Shown in pieces: positions 29,001 through 37,721 of a stretch of 64,000 nt of DNA (positions are counted from its first letter, which is position 1; each line of letters begins with the position of its first letter). The DNA comes from Salinactinospora qingdaonensis. GTDB taxonomy: Bacteria; Actinomycetota; Actinomycetes; Streptosporangiales; Streptosporangiaceae. The stretch covers positions 444,103 through 508,102 of the forward strand of contig NZ_BAABDD010000001.1 of the NCBI RefSeq assembly GCF_039539445.1. The letters are read 5' to 3'. Under the pieces are notes generated by a model. That model did no database searches, was not told where the DNA came from, and saw nothing but the letters and a program-made list of their open reading frames with translations. Position numbers and translations under genes: made by a program.

Positions 29001-30988
29001 GTGCGCACCGTGGCGTCGGCGATGTCGATGGAGCCGACGACTTCGGTGAGGGTCTCCAGCCCTTCGGAGTGTTCGGCGAGCCGGTCGGTGATGGGTTGGG
29101 CTTGGGCGACGGTGGTGATGGCGCCTGCCTCGGCGGCGAGGCTCCCCACGGTGTCGTGGTAGCTGGTGAAGGCGTCCTCGGCGCTGAGGAAGGCGATGGC
29201 GCGTTCGCCGGTGTCGGCGAGCGCGTCAGTGAGTTGGGCAGCCAGCTCGTCGATGCGCTCGGAGTCGATGTAGCGCATCTCCCGCAGAGTTTCCAGGTGG
29301 CCCTGGAGGCGGCGCAGTTCGGCCAGGCGACTCACCCAGGCGTCGGCTGTGGTGGGGTCGTCCTCGCGGGTCTGGCGCACCAGGGCGGTGATGCGGGTGG
29401 CGGCGTCGTCGAGGGCGGTGGCGGCCTGCTGGGTGAGAGCCTGGACGTTGGCGAACTCGTCCAGGACCTGCTTGGCGGTCTCGCGTAGCTCTTCGAGGGG
29501 GCTGCTCAGGTCTTCGAGCTCGTCCTCGGACAGCCAGTGGTAGTGGTCGAAGGCGCGCTGGCAGGCGGCGATGAGCGCTTGGAACACCGGGACGGCGGGG
29601 GCCATCTCGTCGACCATCCGGGCTACGGACAGGCAGTCGGAGATACCGCGGACCAGTTCGGCGTTGCCAAGGCGTTCCAGCGGGCCGGTGCCGGTGGGTT
29701 GGGCGGCGGCGTGGGTGTCGGACTGGTAGGGGGTACGCCACACCTGCATGGGGTGCACGCGGGTGGGCTCCTCGGAGAAGGCGCGGAAGACCATGAGGGT
29801 TCCGTCGCCGAACAGCGAGTAGCCGTGGCAGGGGATCGGAGTGGCGACCTCCTTGCGGATCACGTTGTAGGGCAGGAGCAACGAGCGGCCGTCGTCGCGG
29901 GAGTGGAAGACATAGAGCGCGTCCTCGCCGTTGGGCGAGCGGATGACCCGTTCAAACTCCAGGTTGGTCACGTCGGTGTCGAAGGTCTTGTTGACACCGG
30001 TGGTCAGGTAGTAGCCGCCGGGGAAGATGATCCCGTGGTCCTCCGGTAGACGCTGGCAGGCCTGACCGATCCCGTCGAGGCGCACAACGTCGCCGGTTCT
30101 GGTGTTGCACACCAGATGGCGCCACTCGTTCTCCTTGTAGGGGCGGATACGCAGCAGGATCAGCGATCCCACCCGTGCGTAGTGCACCTCGGCGTCGGCC
30201 AGGCTCTGCAACGGCTCGTCGACCGGCTCGCTGTAGCTGCCCTGGTCGGTCTCGGTGTCGTTGTCGAGTTTGACGGTGAGGCTGCCGCCGAGGGTGTCGA
30301 CGAAGAACTCACCGAGGATAGAGATGTGGGGGTGGCGGCCGGCCACGTGGTCTTCCCGGGTGGCCGACTGCCATTCAAAGTCTTGCGCGGGCGGGAAGAC
30401 GTGCTGGCGGTCCCCCCGGTTGTCCAGGTAGGTGACCGTGCCGTCGGTGTCGATCCGCCAGCGCAGCACCCGGATATCGGCGGTGCGCGGACCGGTCTGG
30501 AACACGGCCAGCAGCGTGTCCTCAAAGCCGCGCAACTGGAGCAGGCGGGTATCGCGGTAGTAGCGGTACAGCTCCCCGAAGTCGCGGAGGAACCGCTCGT
30601 CGCACAACAGCCCGTGGGGAGCCTGGTCGGTCTCGTCGAGCTGAATGCCGTCACTGTCGTGGGTGAAGTGACGCAGCGCAAAGACGTCGCTGACGCTGGT
30701 CTCAGTCTTGGAACCGACCAGGGGGTTGAACCCGATCAGCATGAGCTGGCCGATCGACACGATGTCGCGGGGGACACAGTTGTGTTCGGTGTGGACCCGC
30801 TGCGTGCCGATCTGGCGCAGCTCGGTGCTGCCGAAAACCTCCAGGCGCCGCTCGTTGAGCAGCTCGGCCCGCCGGGTCAGCTCGGCGGCCTGCTCAAAGA
30901 GCCGGCTCCGCAGCACCTCGTAGGTGCCGGCGTCGAGTTCGGCACGGTCCTGGCTGTCGTCGGGAGGCGTCGTGGAGGCATCGGTCAC
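26012..30988 (-). CDS. giant (1658-aa) multidomain protein with C-terminal AAA+ ATPase domain, long central coiled-coil/helical region and N-terminal domain of unknown function
   Basis: GTG start immediately after the flotillin stop. Walker A ISPPGYGKTTL, Walker B NVLLYLDDIQH, sensor-1 CMAGNP and RAD arginine lie at about aa 1265-1420 (nt about 26730-27200). The central region is rich in L/A/E/R heptad-like segments. Confidence 0.7.
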   Translation of the reverse strand: MTDASTTPPDDSQDRAELDAGTYEVLRSRLFEQAAELTRRAELLNERRLEVFGSTELRQIGTQRVHTEHNCVPRDIVSIGQLMLIGFNPLVGSKTETSVSDVFALRHFTHDSDGIQLDETDQAPHGLLCDERFLRDFGELYRYYRDTRLLQLRGFEDTLLAVFQTGPRTADIRVLRWRIDTDGTVTYLDNRGDRQHVFPPAQDFEWQSATREDHVAGRHPHISILGEFFVDTLGGSLTVKLDNDTETDQGSYSEPVDEPLQSLADAEVHYARVGSLILLRIRPYKENEWRHLVCNTRTGDVVRLDGIGQACQRLPEDHGIIFPGGYYLTTGVNKTFDTDVTNLEFERVIRSPNGEDALYVFHSRDDGRSLLLPYNVIRKEVATPIPCHGYSLFGDGTLMVFRAFSEEPTRVHPMQVWRTPYQSDTHAAAQPTGTGPLERLGNAELVRGISDCLSVARMVDEMAPAVPVFQALIAACQRAFDHYHWLSEDELEDLSSPLEELRETAKQVLDEFANVQALTQQAATALDDAATRITALVRQTREDDPTTADAWVSRLAELRRLQGHLETLREMRYIDSERIDELAAQLTDALADTGERAIAFLSAEDAFTSYHDTVGSLAAEAGAITTVAQAQPITDRLAEHSEGLETLTEVVGSIDIADATVRTTILEHIGEVLGGINRARATVDLRRQELLSTEGRAEFAAEFALLGQAVTGALAAADTPESCDEQLSRLLLRLENLEARFGEFDDFRTELADKRDEITDAFAARKQALLDERTRRADRVAASAERILASVHRRAVTLSSTDEVNTYFATDSMVAKLRQSVEELRSLGDQVRAEELEGRIRAARQEAGRALLDRADLYGDSGQTIRLGRHSFAVNTQPIDLTLVPHEGEMTFTITGTDYRSPVRDADFAGTKRFWDQHLVSESPEVYRAEHLATSILAHAESGQGEVSLDALYESAATDSGLLDVVRRAAETRYDEGYERGVHDHDATAILAALLRLRAEAGLLRYPPHARSAAQLFWAFGADTDAKAAWSARAASLARARALFGHSEAITELADELGGAVAAFTRTTGLPTQPSGEELVGEYLFEELAAQPEGFVTGPGAQELVERFQRHLGGPDAAARREFDADLAALDTDLTARHQLTHAWLASFRSTTAPDIPAADLPESVALLLGGHDLPRYEVTAQLSATIPDLLGTHPRITERRLELRLDEILARTRRFRTERVPAYRDYQRRRTELAQRERHRLRMDDYQPRVMSGFVRNRLLDEVYLPLIGDNLAKQLGTAGDGATVDQMGLLLLISPPGYGKTTLMEYVASRLGLVFVKVNGPALGQEVTSIDPEQAPNATARQEVEKISFALEMSSNVLLYLDDIQHTSPELLQKFISLCDAQRRMEGVWEGETRTYDLRGKRFAVCMAGNPYTESGQRFQVPDMLANRADVYNLGDVLSGKDDLFALSYIENALTSNPVLAPLSTRDRGDVELLVRLANGDESVRPDQLTHPYSAVELEQILAVLRKLLVVQRVVLTNNQAYIASAAQSDAARTEPPFQLQGSYRNMNKLAERVMPVLNDAELSALIDDHYLGEAQTLTSGAEANLLKLAELRGTMTEEQAKRWAEVKDAYLRERALGGADDPMSRAVAAVGLLADQVGAVERAIARAAERSTPDQ

Positions 30989-30995
30989 AGGAGAT

Positions 30996-33008
30996 TCACC
31001 GCTTCAGTGCGTGCAGGTCGGCGACGGGGGCTTCGGCCACGCCCAGGCGTTGGGCGGTGTCGAGCAGTTCGCGCAGTTGGGACTCCTGGGCGCCACCCTG
31101 GTTGATCAGCCGCATCAGCAGCGCCGACAGTGAGAGGTTGGCGACGTCGGAGGTGTTGACCGAGCCGACGAGCCGCGACACGTCTTCGGGCAGGCTCGCT
31201 TGGCCGTCCAGGTAGGGCTGGGCGAGGTTCTGGGCGGCGGTGGAGTGGGCCAGGAAACCGTCGACGGCCTTACCGGCGCTGATGGAGCCGACCATGCGGT
31301 CGAAGAACGCGCCATCGCCGCCGACGATGTCGATGTCGGCCTTTTCCAGCCCGGCGGCCAGCACTGACGCCTGCGACTCGGCGACCTGGCGCTGCACGTC
31401 GATGCCGGCGAGCCGGACCTCCTTGTCGGCCTCCAGCCGCAGCCGGTACTCCTCGTGTTCGCGGGTGGCCTCGTCCAGCGCGGCCATCGCCTCGGCCTTG
31501 TCGGTGAGACCTTCGGCTTCGGCCTTGAGCTTCTCGCGCATCGCCTCGGCTGTGGCCTTTTCCTTCTCGCGGGCGGCTGCGGCCTCGGCCCGGCCGACCC
31601 GTTCGATGGCCTCGGCGTCGCGTTCGCGCACCTGTACCTCGGCCAGGCCGGCAGCGGCGGCCTCGGCCTGCTTGCTCTCGGCCAGCCGGATGTTGGCCTG
31701 GGCGTCGAGTTCGGCGGCCTGCTGGCGCCCCTCGGCAAGCGCCTTCTCTTCGCGGACCTTGTGCTGGGCGGCCTGTTCGGCGGCCTCGGCCGCCTTGATG
31801 TCCTTGACCAAGTTCTCTTGGGCTTCGGCTTCGGCCTCGATCACCTTGGTCTGGCGCTGGCGCTCGGCCTCCTCGACGGCGCGCACGCGCTTGATGCTCT
31901 CCTCCTGCTCGGCCACGGTCTTGTCGACGGCGACACGCTCGCGGATGGTCTCGGCGATCTCGCGCTTCTCGGTCTCGACCTCTTTGTCCTTGGCGATGCG
32001 GGACAGCTCGGTTTCGCGGTCGCGGGCGATGACCTCAAGCAGCCGGTCTTTTTCGATGCGCTCGGCCTCGATGGCGATGACCCGTTCCCGGTTCTTCTCG
32101 GCCACGGCGACCTCGCGGTCGCGGTTCTGGCCGGCGACGCCGATCTGCTCTTCGGTGCGCAACTGCGCGGTGCGGGACTTGAGCTGTTCCTCGGCCTGCA
32201 CGGCGGCGGTCTCGGCCTCCTTGCGGGCGCGCATGGTCTCGACCTCGTTTTGGTGCTTGGCCTCGGCTTCGGCCTGGCGCCGCTGTAGCTCCAGGATGGC
32301 CTCGCGCGCCTCGACGTTTTGGCGCTCGATCTCCTTTTGCTGGTCGCGCGTGTGCTCGTTGGTGCTGACGCTTTCGATCGCGGTCAGCTCGGTGATCTTG
32401 CGGATGCCCTGAGCGTCGAGGATGTTGGCCGAGTCGAGCTGGGCCATGGGGGTCTGCTCAAGGTAGTCGATGGCGGCGTCCTCAAGGCTGTAGCCGTTGA
32501 GGTCGGTGCCGATGACGCTGACGATGCGGTCCCGGAACTCGTCACGCTTGGTGTAGAGGTCGACGAAGTCGAGTTGCTTGCCGACGGTCTTGAGCGCCTC
32601 GGAGAACTTAGCGTTGAACAACTCCTGTAGCGTCTCCTGGTCACTGGCCCGGTCGGTGCCGATGGCCTGGGCGACCTTTATCACGTCCTCAACGGTCTTA
32701 TTGACCCGGACGAAGAACGTGATGCGGATGTCGGCGCGGATGTTGTCTCGACAGATCAACCCTTCCTTACCGGTGCGGTTGATGTCGATGGTCTTGACCG
32801 AGATGTCCATGTACTCGGCCTTGTGCAGCACCGGCAGCACCACGGCGCCGGTGAAGGTGACGTCGACCTTCTTGATCTTGGAGACGATCAGGGCCCGGCC
32901 TTGGGGGACTTTGCGGAATAGGCGGCCGATGACGAAGACAATGGCGAGGAGAGCGAGGAGGACGACGGCGATCAGTACGCCGACGCCAATGGTGATGGCT
33001 TCCATCAA
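30996..33008 (-). CDS. flotillin-family protein (FloT/YuaG-like): TM + SPFH domain + long EA-rich coiled coil
   Basis: 670 aa. N-terminal TM helix, SPFH core, (E/A/K/R)-rich coiled coil of about 250 aa, flotillin C-terminal domain. Confidence 0.85.
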   Translation of the reverse strand: MMEAITIGVGVLIAVVLLALLAIVFVIGRLFRKVPQGRALIVSKIKKVDVTFTGAVVLPVLHKAEYMDISVKTIDINRTGKEGLICRDNIRADIRITFFVRVNKTVEDVIKVAQAIGTDRASDQETLQELFNAKFSEALKTVGKQLDFVDLYTKRDEFRDRIVSVIGTDLNGYSLEDAAIDYLEQTPMAQLDSANILDAQGIRKITELTAIESVSTNEHTRDQQKEIERQNVEAREAILELQRRQAEAEAKHQNEVETMRARKEAETAAVQAEEQLKSRTAQLRTEEQIGVAGQNRDREVAVAEKNRERVIAIEAERIEKDRLLEVIARDRETELSRIAKDKEVETEKREIAETIRERVAVDKTVAEQEESIKRVRAVEEAERQRQTKVIEAEAEAQENLVKDIKAAEAAEQAAQHKVREEKALAEGRQQAAELDAQANIRLAESKQAEAAAAGLAEVQVRERDAEAIERVGRAEAAAAREKEKATAEAMREKLKAEAEGLTDKAEAMAALDEATREHEEYRLRLEADKEVRLAGIDVQRQVAESQASVLAAGLEKADIDIVGGDGAFFDRMVGSISAGKAVDGFLAHSTAAQNLAQPYLDGQASLPEDVSRLVGSVNTSDVANLSLSALLMRLINQGGAQESQLRELLDTAQRLGVAEAPVADLHALKR

Positions 33009-33029
33009 AGATTCCTGTACGTCGATGGA

Positions 33030-33692
33030 TCATTCGGGGGGACGGTTCGGGTCGAGCTCGGCGTCATAGGGAGCGACCCAAAAGAACCCGCCCTCGGCGC
33101 TGTACTCGTAGATCAGCGCGCTACTACCGGTCGTGAAGGTGTCGGTGCCGATCTGGCGCACCTGCACGAGGGAGGAGGAGCCGTCGGCCGCGGTGACCTC
33201 AGCCTGACCGAAGTCGGCGGTGACGCGGCCGGTACGGATGACACAGACCCTGCCGATGAAGTCCTGCTGGGAGGGGCTACGCCCGTCGGGGAAGAGACGG
33301 CGCCACAACAGCGCCAGCATGCTGGTACACAGCCAGGCGCAGACGAGGGCGAGCAGGAGTACGGCGATGGAGAGGGCGACCAGCAGGGGGGTGGACACGG
33401 CGAGCCCCTCGATCACCACGTTGCCGGTGAGGCTGACGAACCAGGCCACGGCGATCAGCAGCGAGAGCGCGACGGTGGCCGGCACCCCACCCATGCCCGC
33501 TCCGGCGAGGGCGCTCGCCAACCCCCCTGCGGCCAGTCCTTCCGTGCCCACGGCGCTGCCAGGGTCGACGTCAAGTGCGTCGAGCTCCGCGGCGCCGAGA
33601 AGTACGAGCACCCAGTAGCCGGCGACGACGAGCAACGAGAACGTAAACAGTGCGGTGGGAAAAGTGATTACTGCGGCAAGGAACTCACGCAT
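33030..33692 (-). CDS. NfeD-family membrane protein (YuaF-like, flotillin operon partner)
   Basis: 220 aa. Several TM helices, then a C-terminal OB-fold GRVCVIRTGRVTADFGQAEV...LVQVRQ. Lies 22 bp upstream of the flotillin gene. Confidence 0.75.
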   Translation of the reverse strand: MREFLAAVITFPTALFTFSLLVVAGYWVLVLLGAAELDALDVDPGSAVGTEGLAAGGLASALAGAGMGGVPATVALSLLIAVAWFVSLTGNVVIEGLAVSTPLLVALSIAVLLLALVCAWLCTSMLALLWRRLFPDGRSPSQQDFIGRVCVIRTGRVTADFGQAEVTAADGSSSLVQVRQIGTDTFTTGSSALIYEYSAEGGFFWVAPYDAELDPNRPPE

Positions 33693-34659
33693 CGGTTTTC
33701 ACTCTCCCACCTATTCCACTGCAACGCCCCCGGAAAATGGCAACTGGACGAGGACTCTACACCTATTCGTCACCGTCGGAACCAATGGCTGGAGACCTCA
33801 TCCGGCCATATCGGGGAAACACCGGCGACCCCGCCATCATCTGGCACAGTGGATTGCTGCTCATGGCGCTATGGGCATTTTGGTTCCATTCCAAAGAGGT
33901 GGTACTCGCAACACTCACGACGGTGCGCCACGGTGGGCGAGGAGCCGTCGGCGGCGCTTGGCAGGCACCGGGTGGCGGCACGGAACCCGCTGTAGCACAC
34001 GGACTCCTGCCTTCCGAGCGGGTCGAGACATGGCGCGCCTGAGGCGAGGCTAGTGGCTCCCACCCGCGCGCTCTCGTCGCCGGCGCTTTCCTCGGATCTC
34101 AGCTTCCTGTCTCCAAACGCCGCCGGGGATCGGTGCCGCACCAATGAGGAGGGCTTCCATGAGAGATTCCTGTGAATCGAGGAATCAATTGGGATACCGC
34201 AGGGGCGGAGATCGCGTTAAGAAAATCCTCTCACAAGGAATCCACACCCGACTTCGTACCTGGCAATCGCGCGATACCACACAGTGAAAATGCCGGTTAC
34301 AATCCGAGGAACCCGCCCGCCGATGTGTTTTCGCTTTCCGCTGTTCCCGCCGCGGCGCCGCCTGGAAAATGCCGACTGTACGAGGTTCTCTCACCGGTTG
34401 GCGGTGCTCGCCCGCGGGCGGAAGTGCCTGCGGCAGCCAGGCCGTGGCGTCGACACCGATCTGTGTCCGGCCTCGGCACCGCAGATGAGCTCTGCCCCAC
34501 CACGGCGAAGCCGTGGTGGCCCCATCGAGGCGGCCCACCACGAAACGCACGGTGGCGCGCTGGAGCACAGCGCGTGTGGAGCGAGGTGAGGAACAGCCGC
34601 GCCCGGCGTAAGCCCACCGGGCGCCACACGATGCCTTGGCTTTAGCCGACCCTTAGGGC

Positions 34660-34702
34660 AGGAGACACGAAACGGGCCCTTCTCCTATAAGAGAAGAGCC
34701 CG
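34660..34702 (-). terminator. putative intrinsic terminator downstream of tRNA-Lys copy 2
   Basis: Hairpin CGGGCCCTTCTC-CTATAA-GAGAAGAGCCCG, followed on the minus strand by UUUCGUGUCU. Confidence 0.45.
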
Positions 34703-34747
34703 TCGAATCGTATTAAGCACGCCCAACGACTCCGTTGGCCTTGCTTG

Positions 34748-34821
34748 GTGCGCCATCAGGGACTCGAACCCCAAACCCACTGATTAAGAGTCAGTTGCTC
34801 TGCCGATTGAGCTAATGGCGC
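34748..34821 (-). tRNA. tRNA-Lys (anticodon CTT), second copy
   Basis: 73/74 nt identical to the copy at 23581..23653. One G>A change in the T-stem that keeps a G-U pair. Confidence 0.85.
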
Positions 34822-35151
34822 CCGCGGTGCGGGGGTATGTTCCCCGTGCAGCGCGGTTAACTTTACCAGCGGGGCGAAGGCGGCGCGAACCGATAAAACC
34901 GCCGGTGGGCGATCAACTGTCCCCAAGGCGACCGTCCACCGGCGTCGGAAGCTATGGCGGAAAACGCCCGCCGGGGCACCCCAAGGGCCTGACTCCGGGG
35001 CGAACCACCTGCGGATATGACGCCGGACAGCCAAAAGACGGGCAGGCGCGCAGCGCGCGTCACACCCTGGTACGGCTTTGGCAGGTACGCGCGCAGCGGC
35101 GACCGGTGCGCGAGCCCTGCGATGGATCGGGGAAGCGGAAGCCCTTCCCGG

Positions 35152-35337
35152 CTACCCCCAGAGCATGACGATCGTCACGACGATGACGACCGCAAGGACG
35201 ACACCAACGCCCACAAGGACATAGGGCAGGACGGGACGCCGCGGGGCGGTCTCCCGCTCTTTGTTCTCGGTGACGAAACGCCGGAAGCTCTGCGTGGAGC
35301 CGGCGGGATCAACGTTGTCTTCTTCGTACTGTGACAT
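35152..35337 (-). CDS. small hypothetical membrane protein (C-terminal TM helix)
   Basis: MSQYEEDNVDPAGSTQSFRRF...VLVGVGVVLAVVIVVTIVMLW. Weak RBS. Confidence 0.3.
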   Translation of the reverse strand: MSQYEEDNVDPAGSTQSFRRFVTENKERETAPRRPVLPYVLVGVGVVLAVVIVVTIVMLWG

Positions 35338-35446
35338 GAGCCTGACATTAGCGACTCGACGGGAGTACTCAAAGCCGTTTCCGGCATCGCAGCCGGCCAC
35401 AACCATGATTTGATCGCCCCCACGGTACAACTCAATCCTCAGCAGG

Positions 35447-36418
35447 TCACCCCGACTGTGTCGGCGCTACGGCGAGTAACCGGGCGTGCGCCTCAGTGGA
35501 GCCGATACGGTGCAGCGCCAGCCCAGCGGCACCGCAGGCACCGTCAACCGCGCGCACCGGGCGCACCCCGTGGAACTGCCATAGTCGTGCCGTCACAGCC
35601 TCAGCCACCAGGCCGCCAGCGAGCACGGAACCGGCCAGCACCACCGGTATCGGCTCGCGCTCGCCCCTAGTCACGGCCTGGGGGATCACTGTGGCAGCGG
35701 CGGAAAGCAGCCGCCGCGTGGCCTCGGCCACCAGGGTGTTGGCCACGGCGTCTCCTGCGGCGGCTGCCCCGGTGACCTCAGGGGCGAGCAACCCAAGCTC
35801 GGCGGGCGGCCGGTCATAGACCGCTGTGACGATGGACCGAGGGTCACCGGGCGCTGCCCCCAACGCCGGCGGCAGGCGGGACGTCAGAGAGGTAGCCGGG
35901 CCACGGCCGTCGAGTTCAGCCAGCACAGCGCGGAGCGCGCGCACGGCGAGCCACACCGAGGACCCCTCGTCTCCCAGCAACCAGCCGTAGCCGTCGCAGC
36001 GGCGCACCACCGCGCCCTCACACACGTGCGCCGCCACCGCTCCTGTCCCGGCGATGACGACCACCCCTTCCCGCTCGGCACTGCCCGCAGCGAAGGCGAC
36101 GGCGATGTCATCGCACACATGGGGTGCGCCCAGCAGGCCACACCGGTGCCAACTGTCGAGCACCCATGCTTGGACACGCGCGTGTCCGGCGCCGGCGGCA
36201 CCGGCGATGCCGCACACCGCCGCCGCCACGGTGACGTCGCCGGCAGCCTCCAGTGCCGGGAGCAGCGCTTCCCGCAACGCCGTGGCGGGGGCGGCGCTGG
36301 AGTACTGGTTGGCTCCGCCCGCCTCGCCGCGCGCGACGACCCGACCGTCGAGTGTGGCCACGACGCACCGAGTTGCGGTGCCGCCGGCGTCGACGCCGAT
36401 GACTACGGATTGCCTCAT
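35447..36418 (-). CDS. BadF/BadG/BcrA/BcrD-type ATPase, N-acetylglucosamine / MurNAc kinase-like
   Basis: VVIGVDAGGTATRCVVA N-terminal actin-like ATPase motif. Adjacent to murR/murQ. Confidence 0.7.
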   Translation of the reverse strand: MRQSVVIGVDAGGTATRCVVATLDGRVVARGEAGGANQYSSAAPATALREALLPALEAAGDVTVAAAVCGIAGAAGAGHARVQAWVLDSWHRCGLLGAPHVCDDIAVAFAAGSAEREGVVVIAGTGAVAAHVCEGAVVRRCDGYGWLLGDEGSSVWLAVRALRAVLAELDGRGPATSLTSRLPPALGAAPGDPRSIVTAVYDRPPAELGLLAPEVTGAAAAGDAVANTLVAEATRRLLSAAATVIPQAVTRGEREPIPVVLAGSVLAGGLVAEAVTARLWQFHGVRPVRAVDGACGAAGLALHRIGSTEAHARLLAVAPTQSG

Positions 36419-36669
36419 CCGGTGGTGGCGCTTCCCCTCTCGTCGCGCGCGAGGGCGGCAGCCGAGCGGCCGTGGAAGCGCCGCCCCCTCCCTGTGGTCG
36501 TCGGCACCGCCGGCAGGTTCGCGCGGGCAGTACGCGGTACTCCCGCGCCGCCCCCACTGCTCACGATGGGGTCATGCTCGCACGGATGAGCTTCAACACT
36601 GGACTGAATCTACTGTTTCGCCTGTTCATGGATTGACTGTTACTGAGGCGGCGAAGGAAACTTTCCAAC

Positions 36670-37614
36670 ATGGGGAGACCTTGGAAAACCTCCGGCAGCG
36701 ATCCAGACCCCGGCGACGCGCCCGACCCGCCTGACCGTGACGAGCGCGGGCCGAGCACCGTCGTCCGTATCCGGGCGCTGCTGCCGTCGCTGGCTCCAGC
36801 CGAGCAGCGGGTCGCCCAGCGCATCATCGACGATCCCGAGGGGGCCGCCGCGTCCTCGATCACCCAACTCGCGCACGACTGCGACACCTCTGAAGCCACA
36901 GTCATCCGGTTCTGCCGCACGATCGACTTCACCGGCTACCGCGATCTACGGCTGGCGCTGGCGCGGGAGGCGGGCCAACAGCGTGGGGCCCACCCCGAAA
37001 CCCGCGAACTGGCCAGCGACATCGACCCCGACGACACGCTGGTCACCGTGGTGGAAAAGATCGCCTTCACTGACGCCCGCGCGGTCGAGGAGACGGCGGC
37101 CCAACTCGACGTCGAGGTGCTACAGCAGGTCATCGACGCATTGTCGGGCGGGCGACGCATCGACATCTACGGAGTGGGGGCGAGCGCGTTTGTGGCAGCC
37201 GACCTTCAGCAAAAGCTGCACCGGATCGGGCTGACCTCGTTCGCCTGGTCCGATGCCCACGTCATGGTCACTAGCGCCGCTGTCCTGGGAGAGGACGACG
37301 TCGCGATCGCCATCTCCCACAGCGGCACCACGCGCGACACCGTCGAAGCACTGGCAGCAGCGCGGCGACGCGGGGCGAGAACGGTGGCACTGACCAACTT
37401 CCCTCGTTCGCGCATCGTCGAAAGCGCCGACCTGGTATTGACCACGGCGGCGCGCGAGACGACATTCCGCTCGGGCGCCACGGCAAGCCGGTTGGCCCAG
37501 CTCACTGTGGTGGACTGTGTATTCGTGGGGCTGGCCCAACTGCGCTACGCCGAGAGTCGCCAAGCGTTGGAGTCGACCTACGCAGCAGTGCGTGACTTGC
37601 GCACCGACCACTGA
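36670..37614 (+). CDS. murR: RpiR/MurR-family transcriptional regulator (HTH + SIS)
   Basis: HTH_6 region LAPAEQRVAQRIIDDPE...ITQLAHDCDTSEATVIRFCR, then a SIS domain. Confidence 0.8.
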   Translation: MGRPWKTSGSDPDPGDAPDPPDRDERGPSTVVRIRALLPSLAPAEQRVAQRIIDDPEGAAASSITQLAHDCDTSEATVIRFCRTIDFTGYRDLRLALAREAGQQRGAHPETRELASDIDPDDTLVTVVEKIAFTDARAVEETAAQLDVEVLQQVIDALSGGRRIDIYGVGASAFVAADLQQKLHRIGLTSFAWSDAHVMVTSAAVLGEDDVAIAISHSGTTRDTVEALAAARRRGARTVALTNFPRSRIVESADLVLTTAARETTFRSGATASRLAQLTVVDCVFVGLAQLRYAESRQALESTYAAVRDLRTDH

Positions 37615-37721
37615 ACTGGCCGCACCGGGCCAGGCTGCCAGACAGGGAGCAGGCGACACCGCGAGTACCGGGGCTGCTCCGGCACCGCTCCGAACGCGGA
37701 AAAACGCACCTGGAGGAACGA

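Noticed and set aside
27851-29488. 545-aa plus-strand ORF antisense to the giant ATPase gene. Similar long antisense ORFs lie at 26273..27385, 26541..27902, 31240..32412, 31455..32288, 17111..18154, 7037..7777, 51062..52405, 51931..53541, 54927..55889 and 60844..62055.
   Set aside because: High-GC genomes generate long stop-free antisense and shifted frames. These have Arg/Pro/Gly-rich low-complexity translations and no motifs, and they overlap well-supported genes.
23654-34747. Calling the tRNA-Lys-bracketed segment a classical integrative genomic island.
   Set aside because: There is no integrase, excisionase or direct-repeat att core. Both tRNAs are full length. It is kept only as a finding with caveats.
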